DNA of 64,000 nucleotides from Sphagnum compactum (taxonomy: Eukaryota), in NCBI GenBank assembly GCA_965153455.1, contig OZ234494.1, positions 5,952,001 to 6,016,000 on the forward strand, written 5' to 3'. Below the pieces are notes generated by a model. The model worked only from the letters and a program-made list of their open reading frames with translations, ran no database searches and was not told the DNA's origin. Below are positions 61,832 to 64,000 of the stretch, one piece after another (the stretch's first letter is position 1; every line of letters begins with the position of its first letter). A program made the position numbers and the translations under genes.

Positions 61832-63864
61832 ATGTATCAAACAACAAAGTTCTCAGCATCAAGTAGTCTAATGCCTCAAAGACCTGGAGGTCAAGCAGTT
61901 GAGCCTTGGGCACCAACTCCAGCTGGAGCTGGAGGTCCAAGTTTTTCAGCAGGCAGCCCTGGGGTTTCTGGAGGAACTGCTGCTGCTAAGCAGCGCCTCC
62001 GTTGGACACCTGAACTACATGAGCGCTTTATCGACGCTGTCACTCAATTGGGTGGACCTGATCGTGAGTTTCCCTTCTATCAATTGTACCTTTTATTGTG
62101 CTCTTTAGTATTTGGTAGCCTTTTTCTCAGAGACTGGCAACTGCTTGTATTTTAGTGTCTACGAAAGTGGAGATGCCATTAGGCTATGGGCTTGACCAAA
62201 GATGGCTACCAAACAATAGTCAATTTTTGGAATGTTTGAGCCATTGGATCAGTTACATTTGATGGTCCAGGTTTTTGGTCTAAAACCCAGGGGAGGGTAG
62301 ATGCTAAGTCAATTTTTGGAACATTTGAGCTGTTGGTTCAGTTCCATCTGATGGTCCATGTATTTGGCATAAAACTAGGGGTAGGTAGGTGTGAGTTGTA
62401 AGAAGGATGCTGAATAAGGCAGTCACTATGTCTGGCAGCTCTTTTTGCAGCACTGCCACCACCAAATTCATACAATTTTTTCTTCCACCATTGTTTGACC
62501 TAACATTTCTGCTTCTCTGTGCCAATGGCAGGTGCGACTCCAAAAGGTGTACTGAAGGTCATGGGTGTGCAAGGTCTTACAATTTACCATGTAAAGAGTC
62601 ACTTGCAAGTAAGTTAAAAAAAACTCTATAGAATTACCCTACCATGCTGCAAAAGGCATGCTGTAAAATGGGTCAGGAAATGGGTTTCTTTTTTAATTAT
62701 GTAGACCACATTCTTGTTTCAATGGATAGTATGTCTGGAGGATGTTCCTCTGTTTGAGGGCCTAGGAACAGGGCAGGAGTCGAAGTTCTTTGTGCCTGAA
62801 AACAGAGGAATGCCCTCTGGACTGGCCTTTCTCTATGTAAAACATTGACCCAATTTGAAAGGAACCTGCTAGGAGGATGACCTTACAGATTCATAAGCTC
62901 CCAGCCTGCTTAAAAGTTCTTCTGTGCAAGGAAGTGCCTGCAAATATGAAGAGAAATTTTGGTCAATGTTTTACATACAAGCAACAGGGTATATTGGTAA
63001 CAGAATGATTGGTTTCTTTTTCTTGTACCACATTTAATCAACCTTCACAAAAATGTAGACAAAGCTCATGCTTCTGTAACCAAATCACAAAAAAATTGGT
63101 CTACAATGTGAGCGATGGATGTTGAAGCTTTTGACTGTATTTCATGTTTCTTTTTGCACACTGCAGAAGTACCGGTTGGCAAAGTATATTCCTGACTCTT
63201 TATCAGATGGTACATTACTCTTCTTTCCTGCACTGTCATGGAAACGCTCTTCCCTACATCCCCCACCAACCTTAACCAGAGAAACTGAGTTCTATCAGTA
63301 AAATTCAGAATGGGTTGCGAGTATTACTAGTAATTGATAAGATTGTGATTTAATGAATTAACACTTGAAACATCACTCCATGTCATCACACCTCAATCCT
63401 TTCTTTTGCAGGAAAATATGGTTTTTCTTTCTGCTAAAAGAAAGCTCAATTTGAGTGAGAAAACTTGGTGATAATTGTGTTCATTTATCTTTATGATACA
63501 TGTCGAAATTTGGCGATTGATGACTGGTGTGCATAATAGGTGGTGCAGGAGGCATTTCTGACAAGAAGAACCCAGCAGACATGTTTCCATCTCTGGAACC
63601 AACATCGTGAGTTTTGGCTTCTGTACCTTAAACTTTGTGTGTGATAAGATACTAAGATCTATGATATACACATATATTATAAATCTCTTGCATCTACATT
63701 CATGGGTCTGCCTTCTATGAATTGTCTCCTTGCCAGTTGTCTATTTCGTAGAGATCAGCACCGAAAGGCAATGTTGTGTTGCAAATCTTATCAGGGGTAT
63801 TCAAATTACGGAGGCGTTGCGTATGCAAATGGAAGTGCAGAAGCGTCTGCATGAGCAGCTTGAG
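61832..63864 (+). CDS. PHR1-like GARP/MYB-CC transcription factor (PHL7-like), 5' exons; continues past window end
   Basis: Exons 61832-62063, 62532-62608, 63167-63209, 63549(or 63540)-63606, 63795-63864: MYQTTKFS...[58 protein letters not shown]...[21 protein letters not shown]. Contains the SHLQKY and LHEQLE motifs. Confidence 0.95.
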
Positions 63865-64000
63865 GTACAATGTGTCTTTTTGATGCTCTAGTTTGTGGCT
63901 TTAGACCAGAGGCTAACTGCCAGCCTTCAGACCTTCGCAACAGAGGGACAAAAAGAGTTAATGGAATGAAAGTATGTTACATTTATAGGCTATAGGTGAT

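Overview
Eukaryotic, AT-rich, microsatellite- and transposon-rich land-plant DNA. It is probably a moss such as Sphagnum; this is inferred from the gene content, poly-A/Q/H low-complexity coding and repeat style, not proven. Five host genes can be built by hand. (1) An IKU1/VQ9-type VQ-motif gene (minus strand, runs off the window start, missed by the ORF track). (2) A 4-exon R2R3-MYB of the MYB80/TDF1-like GIDPVTHKP group. (3) A 3-exon TRM112. (4) A 5-exon single-C2-domain gene (minus strand, almost invisible in the ORF track) that lacks most canonical Ca2+ aspartates. (5) The 5' part of a PHR1-like MYB-CC (LHEQLE) gene running off the window end. Mobile DNA includes a decayed CACTA transposase, a near-intact full-length pogo/Tigger element with TIRs and TA TSD, a CRE/R2-type retroelement fragment, and a decayed Helentron-type rolling-circle element (Rep + PIF1 helicase + AP endonuclease). 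There are also several MITE families and many tandem arrays. The most notable non-genic signals are a 124-nt pre-miRNA-like hairpin and an adjacent duplication-plus-inverted-filler rearrangement. I found no convincing wholly new biological system; the top candidates are ranked in findings.
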